45,998 nt of DNA from Acetobacteraceae bacterium (GTDB lineage: Bacteria; Pseudomonadota; Alphaproteobacteria; Acetobacterales; Acetobacteraceae), in the NCBI GenBank assembly GCA_036555825.1, contig DATBKQ010000123.1:1-45998 (forward strand), read 5' to 3'. The translations under genes and the position numbers were made by a program. Of this stretch, positions 27,531 through 37,512 are shown piece after piece. Within the stretch, counting starts at the first letter, position 1, and each line of letters starts with the position of its first letter. Below the pieces are notes generated by a model. That model was not told the DNA's origin, ran no database searches, and saw only the letters and a list, made by a program, of their open reading frames with translations.

Positions 27531-28719
27531 TGGTGGGCGCGAGATCGACGACGTGAACCGGACCGGCGCGGGTGCCACCAGGGGTGAAACCGGAGCCGTC
27601 GATCAGCAGCACAGGTGACTGCTCGAACTCGCCCAGTCCGCCGTGCTGCCCGCAGCCGAGCCGGTCCGCCTTGTCCCAGCCTGGCTTCGCGGCCAGCGAG
27701 CGGCCTGGAACGCCGTACTGGTTGGGCGACGCATCTGCGGCGAGCGAGATGGCGAAGGCGAGATGATGGAGCGGCGCCTGGCCGATGGCTGCCAGGCCGG
27801 CGGCGTCGAACACCTGTCCAATCCAGCGCTGGGTTGAGAGAAAGGCGTGCAGCGCGGCGCGCCGGTCTTCGGCGTCCGGATGCAGATACAGGAGGCTGGA
27901 TGTGCCGCTGGACACCGCGACGATGTCGTTCGAGTCCGCGGCGGCCTTCAGGCCGGCGGCGACCAGTTCCGCCTCGATATCGACGATGCCCGATACGGTT
28001 TCGTGCCCGTGGTCGGAGCCGACCAGCAGCAGCACCTCGGCGTTGCGCAGCCGCCGCACGGCATCGATGACCATGCCCGCATTGCGGTCCGCCTCGCGCA
28101 GCACCGCGAGGTGTTCGGGGGAGCCGAGAGGCGCGTTGTGCTGGATGTGGTCCGGCTCGCCCAGCCACAGCAAGGCGAGCGCGGGGCTGCGTTGCCCAAG
28201 CGCGTCAGCGATGAACTGCTCGGTCATCGCCCGATCGCCGGCGGCATCCAGCGCGATGGGCAGCGGATCGAGCGGAGAGCGGCCGGGACCGAACGAGCCG
28301 GCGCGGTGATAGACATGGCCGTGGCCGTCCGGATCGTGCGCATAGGCCGCACCGGGCGAGACGTTGTTGTAGATGATGGCGCCGCCGTGCGCGGCGAGCC
28401 TTTCGGCCAGCGCCGGCATCGCGAGGGTGCATCCGGTGACCGAGCGCTTGTGCTCCAGGAAGCCGGGCAGCCCGGCATCGTGCGGCACCAGCCTGCCGTC
28501 TTCCATCAACGCGACTGCATTGCCCTGCAGCGTGTGCCGCGCCGGATGACAGCCGGTGGTAAAGGTCGCGGACACGACCCGGGTGGCGGAGGGGAACGCG
28601 CTGCGATAGGCCGGGAAGAATTCAGCCTGCGCGCGAAGCCGCGCGAGATGCGGCGTTCTGCCGGGATCGACAAAGTCGCGCCGCAGCCCGTCCAGGATCA
28701 CCACCACCACTCGTTTCAT
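27466..28719 (-). CDS. Alkaline-phosphatase-superfamily protein (type I phosphodiesterase/nucleotide pyrophosphatase-like)
   Basis: Start MKRVVVVILDGLRRD at 28719 in an ATGA overlap with the upstream stop. Metal/nucleophile motifs ILDGLRRD, FPSATRVV, GEPDHIQHN, GSDHGH. Confidence 0.75.
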   Translation of the reverse strand: MKRVVVVILDGLRRDFVDPGRTPHLARLRAQAEFFPAYRSAFPSATRVVSATFTTGCHPARHTLQGNAVALMEDGRLVPHDAGLPGFLEHKRSVTGCTLAMPALAERLAAHGGAIIYNNVSPGAAYAHDPDGHGHVYHRAGSFGPGRSPLDPLPIALDAAGDRAMTEQFIADALGQRSPALALLWLGEPDHIQHNAPLGSPEHLAVLREADRNAGMVIDAVRRLRNAEVLLLVGSDHGHETVSGIVDIEAELVAAGLKAAADSNDIVAVSSGTSSLLYLHPDAEDRRAALHAFLSTQRWIGQVFDAAGLAAIGQAPLHHLAFAISLAADASPNQYGVPGRSLAAKPGWDKADRLGCGQHGGLGEFEQSPVLLIDGSGFTPGGTRAGPVHVVDLAPTIMRHLGIAAPGMDGQPLQRVP

Positions 28720-30911
28720 GATGGACCTGTAGGCGGTTTGCCGACGGCGAACCGGCGGACCACGTTCTCGAGCAGGCGCGAAATCGGTCCCTCGAAGCCG
28801 TTGCGCCACAGGCTGCCGCAGAACGTAATCGAGCCGACGGAAAACACCGCGCCGCCGGACGGTGTGTCGAAATACACGATCTCGCCGCGCGCGAGATCGG
28901 CGACGGGTTCGCCGCTGATGCTGGCGGTGTTCGACAACAGCTCCTCGGGCACGGTCAGGAACGACGGCAGCGGGTTTTCCGAGCGCGCCAGGATCACCGC
29001 ATTGTCAGGCGTGCCCAACATGGGCTCGGCACGATCGAGTTCGAACCCGGCGGCGCCACCGCCCGACTGGCCGTAGTCGCCCAGGACGTCTTCCTCGATG
29101 CCGTCGAACATCCAGGCAAAGCGCGCCTCACGCGAGGCGGGCAGACGCCGATAGTGCGTGCCCTCGAATCCCGCCTGACAGGAGAAGCCGACCCCGACCA
29201 GCATCTGCGGCGGGCGGCGGTTGCGCCGCCACAGCCCGCCCAACTGCCCGTCCGTCTGGTGGTAGTACTCGCCCGGCTCGGCGGCCCAGGTCCGGATGCC
29301 GCCCTCGGCACGCCGCAGCTCGATCAGGTGCGGCGTCGCCCGGTGGCGCGCAATGCGCCAGTAGAAGCCGTTGCCGCCGAGATAACACAGCCGGCCGCCC
29401 TGCTTCGTGTAGGCGCTCAGCGCATCGAGCGTTCCGGCCGTGTGGTATTCCGGATGCGAGCCGGTGAGCACGGTGCGATAGCGCGCGATCAGCGCGACGC
29501 CTTCGTCATCGAGGTCCTCGTCGGTGAAGATGTCGAATTCGAAGCCCTTGGCTTCCAGCCAGGCGAGCAGGTGCAGATCGGCCGGGTAGTGGCGCAGGCC
29601 CGAACCGCGCGGGTCGGCGAATGTCATGAACCCAGGCCGCATGGTCAGGATCGGCCGGTGCCGCGTCGAGAACGCGATGCCGCTGCCGTCGCGATGCCTG
29701 TTGTAGAGGGAATGGCCGTAGGAGTGGCACGCGTTGGGATTGTGCGGATAGGCGCCCCAGGCGGCGACCCGCTCGAAATAGCCCTCATCGAGCGCGGAGC
29801 GTTCATGGTTGGCATAGGCCTGATAGGTGAAGGTCGATGCCAGGAAGACGATCGGCGCGAATGGTCCCTGCCGCTTCGGCAGAACGTAGAGCGGCAACCA
29901 GTCCTCGCCGCCCTCGCATGTCAGGTGCAGCGCATAGGCGCCGCTGCGCAGATCGTCCGGCACCGTCCAGGCGAAGTCGGCCTGCCAGGCGCAGTCGCTC
30001 AGGTCATCGTCGTGGAAGTGGATCGCGCCATAGTCGCGCGGCGCGTGGCGCCAGCACTGCTCGGTGCCGCTCCAGCGTGTCCCGACCACGGCGCGCGTGG
30101 GCGTATTGACCAGCCTGCCGGGGCAGGCCTGCGGCCCGGTATCGGTGATCACCTGCGTGTCGATGCCGCGGGAGAAGTCCCAGCCGGCCAGCAGGTCCGG
30201 CGCCAGAGCCTCCAATGTCGTGCCTGGGTCGGGCCATGATGCGACGAAGCGCCGCAGTATGGCGGGATCCTCGAGCTTGCCGGTGAAATGATGGCATGGC
30301 GCGGCGGCGTTCTCGGCGGCGATGATGACCTTGCCGCCGGCCGGCAGGCGCAGCCCATCCGCCTGGATCGATGCGGTCGCGGGCGATGCGCCGTCGAGCG
30401 GCTGTTGTCCGACCAGCACGCGGCCGGTGGCCGGATCAGCCGCGAGCCACACGCGGTACCAGCGCGACGCGGCGATCGGGGTGCCGGTCGCGACCACGAT
30501 CGGGCCAGCGGCTGACGTTATCCGGGCGCTGGCGCCGTGGGCGCCGATCAGCAGGACGACGCCGGCATCGCCGGTTTCCTGCGCGAGCAAGGCCTGTTCC
30601 TCTCCGGCGATGCCGGCGCGCACCAGCACGGTCCAGCTACGCGCGGCATCGGACGCGTGCGCCGGGCCGCGGTCGACGATCGCATACGAACCCCGGCGAA
30701 TCTCCTGACGACGGCCGGTGAACGTGGCATCGAACCGACGCGAAAGATCCTCGAAGCGAGCGCCCGGTCCGTGCGGATTCGGATCGCCGCTCAACACGCG
30801 TACGAGGCGCACGCGGTACGCGCCCGGGGCGTTCATGCCGACAAACGCCGTGAAGGTTTCGCCTGGACGATGGGAGAAACGGTCGAGATAGCCGGTGATC
30901 GGCGGTTCCAT
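28716..30911 (-). CDS. N,N-dimethylformamidase large (beta) subunit-like protein
   Basis: 731 aa. N-terminal LamG-like region, central and C-terminal blocks (FLASTFTYQAYAN, GSHPEYHT, YLGGNGFYWR, GGAAGFELD) as I recall for the DmfA2-like family. No small-subunit gene nearby. Confidence 0.65.
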   Translation of the reverse strand: MEPPITGYLDRFSHRPGETFTAFVGMNAPGAYRVRLVRVLSGDPNPHGPGARFEDLSRRFDATFTGRRQEIRRGSYAIVDRGPAHASDAARSWTVLVRAGIAGEEQALLAQETGDAGVVLLIGAHGASARITSAAGPIVVATGTPIAASRWYRVWLAADPATGRVLVGQQPLDGASPATASIQADGLRLPAGGKVIIAAENAAAPCHHFTGKLEDPAILRRFVASWPDPGTTLEALAPDLLAGWDFSRGIDTQVITDTGPQACPGRLVNTPTRAVVGTRWSGTEQCWRHAPRDYGAIHFHDDDLSDCAWQADFAWTVPDDLRSGAYALHLTCEGGEDWLPLYVLPKRQGPFAPIVFLASTFTYQAYANHERSALDEGYFERVAAWGAYPHNPNACHSYGHSLYNRHRDGSGIAFSTRHRPILTMRPGFMTFADPRGSGLRHYPADLHLLAWLEAKGFEFDIFTDEDLDDEGVALIARYRTVLTGSHPEYHTAGTLDALSAYTKQGGRLCYLGGNGFYWRIARHRATPHLIELRRAEGGIRTWAAEPGEYYHQTDGQLGGLWRRNRRPPQMLVGVGFSCQAGFEGTHYRRLPASREARFAWMFDGIEEDVLGDYGQSGGGAAGFELDRAEPMLGTPDNAVILARSENPLPSFLTVPEELLSNTASISGEPVADLARGEIVYFDTPSGGAVFSVGSITFCGSLWRNGFEGPISRLLENVVRRFAVGKPPTGPS

Positions 30912-30943
30912 GCGCGGAAGGCTGACGGGTGGTGCGCAGGACT

Positions 30944-30982
30944 GTCAAGGCGCGACCGCAATGGTCGTCGCAACACCTTGAC
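30944..30982. promoter_or_regulatory. Nested inverted repeat in the divergent promoter region (GTCAAGG-N25-CCTTGAC with an inner GCGACC/GGTCGTCGC pairing)
   Basis: Read directly. Sits between the DMFase-like start (30911) and the binding-protein start (31068). Confidence 0.3.
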
Positions 30983-31067
30983 GGCCCATCCGCGCCTCGT
31001 CACGGTTGATGCAAGCAGCGCAAGAATGCGATCAGGGATGGCGAGCGCGCCACCGGGGGGACTGCCG

Positions 31068-32636
31068 ATGATCCGACACGCCTTGTTCTCCACATTCACC
31101 GCGGTAGCGGTCTGCGCCGCCGTCCCGAGTTCGGCCGAGCCGTTCAAGTGTCCGCATGTCGGCGGCAATTTCACCTTCGGCCAGGAGGCCAATGTCAACA
31201 GCCTGGACCAAATGGCCTCGAGCACGATCTCGACCCGCAACATTGCCATGAACATGTTCGAATCGCTGATGACGCGCGACGAGAACTTCAATCCGATCCT
31301 GGAACTCGCCGACTCGATGGCAGAGACGCCGGATCATCTGACCTACACATTCAAGCTGCGGCAGGGCGTGCGCTTCCACAACGGCAAGGAGATGACCTCA
31401 GCCGATGTGATCGCCTCGTTCGACCGGTATGCGAAAATCGGACTGTTTCGCAGCTCGCTGGCGAACGTCGATCGGTGGGATGCCCCCGACCAATACACCT
31501 TCGTGATCCATCTGAAGAAGGTGCAACCGACGTTCCTGGAGATCCTCAGTTCGTTCAGCGCGCCGATCGTGATCGTCCCGGCGGAGGAGAAGGACGATCC
31601 GCCGATGCAACTGAAGACCATCGGTACAGGGCCGTGGCAGCTCGTGGAATCGGTCCCCGGCGGCTATGTCAAGATGAAGCGCTTCGAAGGCTACAAGCCC
31701 AACACGAACTTCGACCAGAAGACCGGTTTCGGCGGCTACAAGCAGGCCTGCTTCGACAGCGTGACCTTCCGCATCGTGACCGAGCCGCAGGCGCGCGTCG
31801 CCGGCCTGAAGACCGGTGAGCTGCAAGGCCTGGAGGACCTACCCACCAAGTCGCTGGCCGATCTGAAGAACGACAGGAACATCACCATCATCCCGCTGCA
31901 GAACTGGTGGATTCAGATCGCGCAACCGAACGTCTCGGTGCCGCCGACCGACAACCTGATGTTCCGGAAGGCGGTGCAGGCGGTGCTGGACATGGACGAG
32001 ATCATGGACGCGGCGTCGGACGGCAATTACCGGCTCAATGTCGGCTTCCAATATCCCGGCCAGGCGTTCTACTCGGACGCCGGCAAGGAGACCTACAACC
32101 TCAAGAATCCGGAGCTGGCGCGCAAATATTTGGCGCAGTCGGGCTACAAGGGTGAGCCGGTCATTCTGCTCACCGACAAGGACTACCCGGCAATGTACAA
32201 CTCCGCGCTGGTGATGCAGCAGGAGATGCAGGCGATCGGCATCAACGCCCAGCTCAAGGTGGTGGACTGGCCCACCTCGGCCAACATGGCGTTGAAACCC
32301 GATACCGGCTGGAACCTGTTCTACACCGGCTGGGGCACGCAGACGGCGCTGGGCGCACTGGCGACCATGCAGGTGTTCGTGCAGCCAGGCGCGGTGTTCA
32401 TGCCCAAAGGCGGGCAGGACGATCCGCAGCTTTTGGAATACTGGAACGAGCTGAACAGCCTGCCGACACTGGAGGGGCGCAAGCAGGCGTTCGCCAAGAT
32501 GCAGAAATATGTGCTGGAGCAGGTCTATACGATTCCGCTGGGCTCGCTGACCAAGGTGCAGGCGGTGCGATCCAAGGTGAAGGGCTATGTGCCGTATCGC
32601 ATACCGCGCATGTCGAACGTCTGGTTCGAGAACTGA
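31068..32636 (+). CDS. ABC transporter substrate-binding protein, family 5 (peptide/nickel/opine type)
   Basis: ATG at 31068 gives signal peptide MIRHALFSTFTAVAVCAAVPSSA. Family-5 block LTYTFKLRQGVRFHNGKEMTSADV. The tracked ORF 30537-32636 is over-extended. Confidence 0.85.
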   Translation: MIRHALFSTFTAVAVCAAVPSSAEPFKCPHVGGNFTFGQEANVNSLDQMASSTISTRNIAMNMFESLMTRDENFNPILELADSMAETPDHLTYTFKLRQGVRFHNGKEMTSADVIASFDRYAKIGLFRSSLANVDRWDAPDQYTFVIHLKKVQPTFLEILSSFSAPIVIVPAEEKDDPPMQLKTIGTGPWQLVESVPGGYVKMKRFEGYKPNTNFDQKTGFGGYKQACFDSVTFRIVTEPQARVAGLKTGELQGLEDLPTKSLADLKNDRNITIIPLQNWWIQIAQPNVSVPPTDNLMFRKAVQAVLDMDEIMDAASDGNYRLNVGFQYPGQAFYSDAGKETYNLKNPELARKYLAQSGYKGEPVILLTDKDYPAMYNSALVMQQEMQAIGINAQLKVVDWPTSANMALKPDTGWNLFYTGWGTQTALGALATMQVFVQPGAVFMPKGGQDDPQLLEYWNELNSLPTLEGRKQAFAKMQKYVLEQVYTIPLGSLTKVQAVRSKVKGYVPYRIPRMSNVWFEN

Positions 32637-32645
32637 GCTGGCGGC

Positions 32646-33596
32646 GTGGCCGGCGTCGTTCTCAGCCGCCTGGGCAGCGCGTTGCCGATCCTGCTGATCG
32701 TGTCATTGATCACCTTCGCGATGATCCATCTGATTCCCGGCGATCCCGCAGTTGCGATCGCCGGCCTGTCGGCGACGCCCGAGCAGGTGGCGAACATCCG
32801 CCACGACCTCGGCCTCGATCAACCGCTGCTGACGCAGCTCTGCCGCTGGTACGGCGGATTGCTGCACGGCGATCTCGGACGCTCGATCCTGCTGGGGCAG
32901 CCGGTGGTATACGCGACCGTACTGCGCCTGCCGGTGACGCTGGCCCTGTCGGCGTATGCACTGGTGATCACGCTGTTGATCGGCCTGGTCAGCGGCATCC
33001 TGGCGGCGCTGCGGCAGAACACCTGGGTGGATCAGGCGGCGATGCTGTTCGCCATGATCGGGATCTCGCTGCCGAATTTCTATCTCGGCCTGCTGATGAT
33101 CATCTTCTTCGCCGTCGAACTGCGCTGGCTGCCGACCGGCGGTTACGTCGCATTCACCGACGACCCGCTGGGCTGGCTCGCCACATCGACAATGCCGGCG
33201 ATCTCGCTCGCACTGCTGCTGGCGGGGCTGCTGGCACGCATCACCCGCTCCACCATGCTGGAGGTGCTGCGGCAGGACTACATCCGCACGGCGCGTGCCA
33301 AGGGGCTGCCGAGGCGGCAGGTGGTGGTGAAGCATGCGCTGTCGAACGCGCTGATCCCGATCACCACGGTGGTGGGCATCATCGTCAGCCTGTTGATCTC
33401 CGGCTCGGTGGTGACCGAGACACTGTTCTCGATTCCGGGCATCGGTCAGTTGCTGACCCAGGCGGTGCTGAACCGCGACTATCCGATGGTGCAAGGCGGA
33501 CTGCTGATCACCACGGCATTGCTGGTGCTGGTGAATATCGGCGTCGATGTCTGCTACGCGCTGCTCGATCCGCGGGTGCGCTATCGTGGCGGCTGA
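32646..33596 (+). CDS. ABC transporter permease (DppB/OppB-like)
   Basis: 316 aa. LITFAMIHLIPGDP and the EAA loop YIRTARAKGLPRRQVVVKHALSNALIP. Confidence 0.85.
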   Translation: MAGVVLSRLGSALPILLIVSLITFAMIHLIPGDPAVAIAGLSATPEQVANIRHDLGLDQPLLTQLCRWYGGLLHGDLGRSILLGQPVVYATVLRLPVTLALSAYALVITLLIGLVSGILAALRQNTWVDQAAMLFAMIGISLPNFYLGLLMIIFFAVELRWLPTGGYVAFTDDPLGWLATSTMPAISLALLLAGLLARITRSTMLEVLRQDYIRTARAKGLPRRQVVVKHALSNALIPITTVVGIIVSLLISGSVVTETLFSIPGIGQLLTQAVLNRDYPMVQGGLLITTALLVLVNIGVDVCYALLDPRVRYRGG

Positions 33597-34497
33597 CATC
33601 GCCGCGCTGGCCCTGCCGGCGGAGGAGCTGGAAGGCGAGGCTCCGGTCCGGCATCGCCATCCGGCGTGGGCCACGATGCGGCGGTTGCTGCATCACCGGC
33701 TGTTCGTCACCGGCCTGGCACTGTTCGCCATCGTCGCGGCGGTGGCGGTGCTGGCGCCGTGGATCGCGCCGGTCGATCCCAACAAGCTGGCGATGCGGCA
33801 GAAGTTCCTGCCGCCCTCAGCCGAGCACCTGTTCGGCACCGACAACTTCGGGCGGTCGCTGTGGTCGCGCGTGGTGTGGGGCGCGCAGTTGTCGATGTTC
33901 ATCGGCTCGGCCGTGGTGGCGATCAACGCGGTGTTCGGCACGCTGATCGGCGCGGCGGCCGGGTATTTCCGCACGCTCGACAATGTGCTGATGCGGATCA
34001 ACGACGCGCTGATGGCGTTCCCCGCGGTGCTGCTGGCGATCGGTGTAACGTCTGTCCTGGGGCCGTCGGTCAACGACGTGATCATCGCACTCGGCATTGT
34101 CTATACGCCGCGCACCGCGCGGATCGTTCGCTCGTCGGTGATCGTGCTGCGCGAGATGGAGTATGTGCAGGCGGCGGTGGCGGCCGGCGCGGGGCACTGG
34201 CGCATCCTGCGCCGGCATATCCTGCCCAATGCAATGGCGCCGCTGATCGTGCAATTGTCGTTCCTGTTCGCCTATGCGGTGCTGACGGAGGCGACGCTGT
34301 CGTTCCTGGGTGTCGGCGCGGTGCCGCCGACGCCCACCTGGGGGAACATCATGGCGGAGGGACGGCAGTACATGGTCGATGCGCCGTGGATCATCACCAT
34401 TCCAGGGGCCGCGCTGATGATCACCGTGCTTGGGCTGAACCTGCTGGGCGACGGCCTGCGGGATGTGCTGGATCCACGGCTACGGGTGCAGCAGTGA
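33586..34497 (+). CDS. ABC transporter permease (DppC/OppC-like)
   Basis: GTG at 33586 (11-nt overlap); ATG at 33676 (MRRLLHHRLFVTGLALFAIV) is the alternative. GC3-rich coding signal continues through 33597-33675. EAA loop YVQAAVAAGAGHWRILRRHILPNAMAP. Confidence 0.8.
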   Translation: MAADIAALALPAEELEGEAPVRHRHPAWATMRRLLHHRLFVTGLALFAIVAAVAVLAPWIAPVDPNKLAMRQKFLPPSAEHLFGTDNFGRSLWSRVVWGAQLSMFIGSAVVAINAVFGTLIGAAAGYFRTLDNVLMRINDALMAFPAVLLAIGVTSVLGPSVNDVIIALGIVYTPRTARIVRSSVIVLREMEYVQAAVAAGAGHWRILRRHILPNAMAPLIVQLSFLFAYAVLTEATLSFLGVGAVPPTPTWGNIMAEGRQYMVDAPWIITIPGAALMITVLGLNLLGDGLRDVLDPRLRVQQ

Positions 34498-34501
34498 CGA
34501 A

Positions 34502-34634
34502 GAAGGTTCCTCACGGAGACCACGAAGGAAGACGGAGGGCCACCGAGAAAGGAAAGGGCGCTTCGCGCGAAGCGCGCAAAATCCCTTCTCAGTGGCCCTC
34601 CATCCTATCTCCGTTTCCTCCGTGTGGAACCTTC
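34502..34634. repeat. 133-bp nested palindromic intergenic element (MITE/RIME/REP-like) inside the ABC operon
   Basis: Roughly 50-nt imperfect arms: GAAGGTTCCTCACGGAGACCACGAAGGAAGACGGAGGGCCACCGAGAAAGG against the reverse complement of CCCTTCTCAGTGGCCCTCCATCCTATCTCCGTTTCCTCCGTGTGGAACCTTC. The centre is the perfect 18-bp palindrome GCGCTTCGCGCGAAGCGC (34558-34575). Confidence 0.75.
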
Positions 34635-34660
34635 GCCGCGAACCCCACCGGCGCCAGCCG

Positions 34661-35632
34661 ATGAGTCTACTGGAAGTCGCCAATCTCACCACCGCCTTCA
34701 CCACTGCGCGCGATGAGATCACCGCCATTGAGGATGTCTCCTTCTCGATCGACGAAGGCGAGATTCTCGGCATCGTCGGCGAGTCCGGTTCGGGCAAGAG
34801 CGTCACCGCGCTGACCATCATGGGACTGCTGCCGCAACCGCCGGCGCGCGTCGCCGCGGGCGAAGTCCGGTTCGGCGGTCAGGTGCTGACCAGGCTCTCC
34901 GATGCACGCATGCAGCGCATCCGTGGCCCGGGCATCGCCATGGTTTTCCAGGAACCCATGACCTCGCTCAACCCGGTGTTCACCATCGGTGAGCAGGTGA
35001 TGGAGACGATCCGCGCGCATGAGCGCCTGTCGCAGCGCGCGCTCTATGCCCGTGCCCTGGAAATGCTGGAGAAGGTCGGCATTCCATCGGCCGCGCATCG
35101 CATGGTCGACTACCCGCACCAGCTCTCGGGAGGCCAGCGCCAGCGGGTGATGCTGGCGATCGCGCTGGCCTGCCGCCCGCGCCTGCTGATCGCCGACGAA
35201 CCGACCACCGCGCTGGACGTCACCATCCAGGCGCAGATCCTGGATCTGATCATGGACCTGCGCGACGAGTTCGGCATGGCGATCATCGTCATCACGCACA
35301 ACATGGGGGTGGTGGCGGAGACCGCGGACCGCGTGCTGGTGATGTATGCCGGCCGCATCGTCGAGGAGGCACCGGTCACCCACTTGTTCGACCGGCCGCT
35401 GCACCCGTACACGCGCGGGCTGCTTGAGTGCGTGCCCTCACTGGAGCAGGACCGCGATCGCCTGGTGGCGATCCGGGGCACCCTGCCGGACCCGGCACGC
35501 AGGCCAACGGGATGCCGCTTCGCCCCACGGTGCCCCCACGCGGTGCCGGCATGCACCCGTGCCGTCCCACCGCTGGCGGCTTTCAATCCCGGCCACACCG
35601 CCGCCTGCATCCGGGTGCCGGAGCTGACGTGA
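34661..35632 (+). CDS. ABC transporter ATP-binding protein (DppD/OppD-like)
   Basis: Start [13 protein letters not shown]. Walker [31 protein letters not shown]-terminal oligopeptide-type CxxC tail. Confidence 0.9.
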   Translation: MSLLEVANLTTAFTTARDEITAIEDVSFSIDEGEILGIVGESGSGKSVTALTIMGLLPQPPARVAAGEVRFGGQVLTRLSDARMQRIRGPGIAMVFQEPMTSLNPVFTIGEQVMETIRAHERLSQRALYARALEMLEKVGIPSAAHRMVDYPHQLSGGQRQRVMLAIALACRPRLLIADEPTTALDVTIQAQILDLIMDLRDEFGMAIIVITHNMGVVAETADRVLVMYAGRIVEEAPVTHLFDRPLHPYTRGLLECVPSLEQDRDRLVAIRGTLPDPARRPTGCRFAPRCPHAVPACTRAVPPLAAFNPGHTAACIRVPELT

Positions 35633-36618
35633 AGGCGGGCTTGCGCGCACCCTTGGTCGAGGCGGCAGGGCTAAGCAAGCACTTCCCAGTCCGATCCGGC
35701 GGGCTGTTGCATCGCCACGTTATCCCATTGCGTGCCGTGGACGATGTGGCGGTGCGCATCGAGCCCGGCGAGACACTCGGGTTGGTCGGCGAATCAGGCT
35801 GCGGCAAGACCACGCTCGGCCGGCTGCTGATACGGCTGATTGCGCCGACCGCCGGGAGCATCGTGTTCGACGGCGTGGACATCACTCGCCTCGATGGCGC
35901 TGCGTTGCGGGAGGCGCGGCGCTCGATGCAGGTCATCTTTCAGGACCCCTACGGCGCGCTCAATCCGCGCATGTCGGTGCACGACATCATCGCCGAGCCG
36001 CTGCTGATCCATGGAGCGCACCGCGGCGCCGAGACGCGCCGTCGGGTCGGCGCGATGCTGGAGCTGGTCGGCCTGCCGGGACCGGCGGGCGACCGCTTTC
36101 CGCACGAATTTTCCGGCGGTCAGCGGCAACGGATCGGTATCGCGCGAGCGCTGGTGCTGCGACCGAAATTCGTGGTGTGCGACGAGCCGGTGTCGGCGCT
36201 GGATGTCTCGGTGCAGGCACAAATCGTGAATCTGCTGCGGGACCTGCAGGGCGAGCTTGGCCTGACCTACCTGTTCATCGCCCACGATCTGGGCGTCGTG
36301 AAGCACATCTCGACGCGCGTGGCGGTGATGTATCTGGGCAAGATCGTCGAGCTGGCGGACAAACGCATCCTGTATTCCCGGCCGCTGCATCCCTACACGC
36401 AGGCGCTGATCGCCGCGGTTCCGGCCGGCCATCCGGCGCGGCGCAGCCACGGCCGCCGCGCGCGGTTGGCCGGCGATATTCCGAGCGCGCTGCAGCCGCC
36501 GCCCGGCTGCCGGTTCAACACCCGCTGCCCGCACGCCATGCCGATCTGCCGGGAGCAGGAACCCGAGGCCAGGCAGGTCGCGCCCGAGCACGTCGTGGCC
36601 TGCCATCTCGCAGCTTGA
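35629..36618 (+). CDS. ABC transporter ATP-binding protein (DppF/OppF-like)
   Basis: GTG at 35629 overlaps the upstream TGA. Walker [54 protein letters not shown] tail. Confidence 0.9.
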   Translation: MKAGLRAPLVEAAGLSKHFPVRSGGLLHRHVIPLRAVDDVAVRIEPGETLGLVGESGCGKTTLGRLLIRLIAPTAGSIVFDGVDITRLDGAALREARRSMQVIFQDPYGALNPRMSVHDIIAEPLLIHGAHRGAETRRRVGAMLELVGLPGPAGDRFPHEFSGGQRQRIGIARALVLRPKFVVCDEPVSALDVSVQAQIVNLLRDLQGELGLTYLFIAHDLGVVKHISTRVAVMYLGKIVELADKRILYSRPLHPYTQALIAAVPAGHPARRSHGRRARLAGDIPSALQPPPGCRFNTRCPHAMPICREQEPEARQVAPEHVVACHLAA

Positions 36619-36781
36619 CAATCTCGCAACTTGACTCGGGGGCAAGAAATCTGATTGGTAACACTTACGTTACCGGCGCCGCCGTTTAGATTGGGTTTCG
36701 TGAGCCGGCGATGTCAGACTTTGCAGCCGTCTCAGAATTTGACCAGGACGATTTCGCCTGATCCCGCAGGAATGGCAGAAA

Positions 36782-37471
36782 ATGTTGGATGAGTTCGCCG
36801 AAGTCACGCTGCTGATCGCCGATCGGGCCACCCTGTTCCGTCACGGCCTGCTCGGTCTGCTGAAGGAGCACCGCCCAGGCTGGTGCTGTGCCGAGGCCGG
36901 TACGTTGGACGCGGCGCTTGCGCATTTGCGGGCGGAACCGGTCGATCTGATGCTGTACGACGTGCAGCTTGGCGGCGAGGCGGAGATCGCCAGCCTGCGA
37001 TGCCTGCGCGCCGAGTTTCCGCAGCAGTTGATCGTCGCCATGTCGGACAATGGCGACCGTGCGGCCATCCTGGAGTCGCTTGCCGCCGGGGCGAACGGCT
37101 ATGTCCTCAAGTCCACCACCCTGTCGCAACTGTTGCGCGCGATCGAGACAGTGCTGTCGGGAGCAGTGTTCGCGCCGGCCACGCTGACCGGTGCTGCGCC
37201 CACGCCCGCCAGGGTTGCCGCGCCCGATGTCAGCCCGTTGGTCGCCGGTCTGACCGAGCGGCAGATCGAGGTGTTCCGGCTGTTGTCGGAAGGCTGTGCC
37301 ACGAAGACGATCGCGCGGCGGCTGGGGCTGGCGATCGGGACGGTCAAAGTGCACCTGGCGTCGATCTATCGCGCGCTCGACGCACACAACCGCGTCGAGG
37401 CGCTGGCCAAGGCGCGCGGTGGCGTCCTGCATCCGGTGCCGGCACGCGCCTCGGAGTTGCTCGCCGCCTAG
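36782..37471 (+). CDS. LuxR/FixJ/NarL-family response regulator (receiver plus HTH), no adjacent kinase
   Basis: Receiver LLIADRATLFRHGL...DLMLYDVQL...VAMSD...GYVLKS. C-terminal LTERQIEVFRLLSEGCATKTIARRLGLAIGTVKVHLASIY. AGGAA precedes the ATG. Confidence 0.85.
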   Translation: MLDEFAEVTLLIADRATLFRHGLLGLLKEHRPGWCCAEAGTLDAALAHLRAEPVDLMLYDVQLGGEAEIASLRCLRAEFPQQLIVAMSDNGDRAAILESLAAGANGYVLKSTTLSQLLRAIETVLSGAVFAPATLTGAAPTPARVAAPDVSPLVAGLTERQIEVFRLLSEGCATKTIARRLGLAIGTVKVHLASIYRALDAHNRVEALAKARGGVLHPVPARASELLAA

Positions 37472-37512
37472 TCCGGCGCGCACGCTTTGGTCATCACGCG
37501 CCAGCAGCTAGT

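Noticed and set aside
36614-36674. TTGACA/TTGACT hexamers and a GGTAAC-N6-GTTACC palindrome upstream of the LuxR-type regulator, considered as promoter and operator
   Set aside because: No acceptable -10 hexamer lies at 16-18 nt spacing from either -35-like hexamer. A 6-bp palindrome is too short to call without comparative data.
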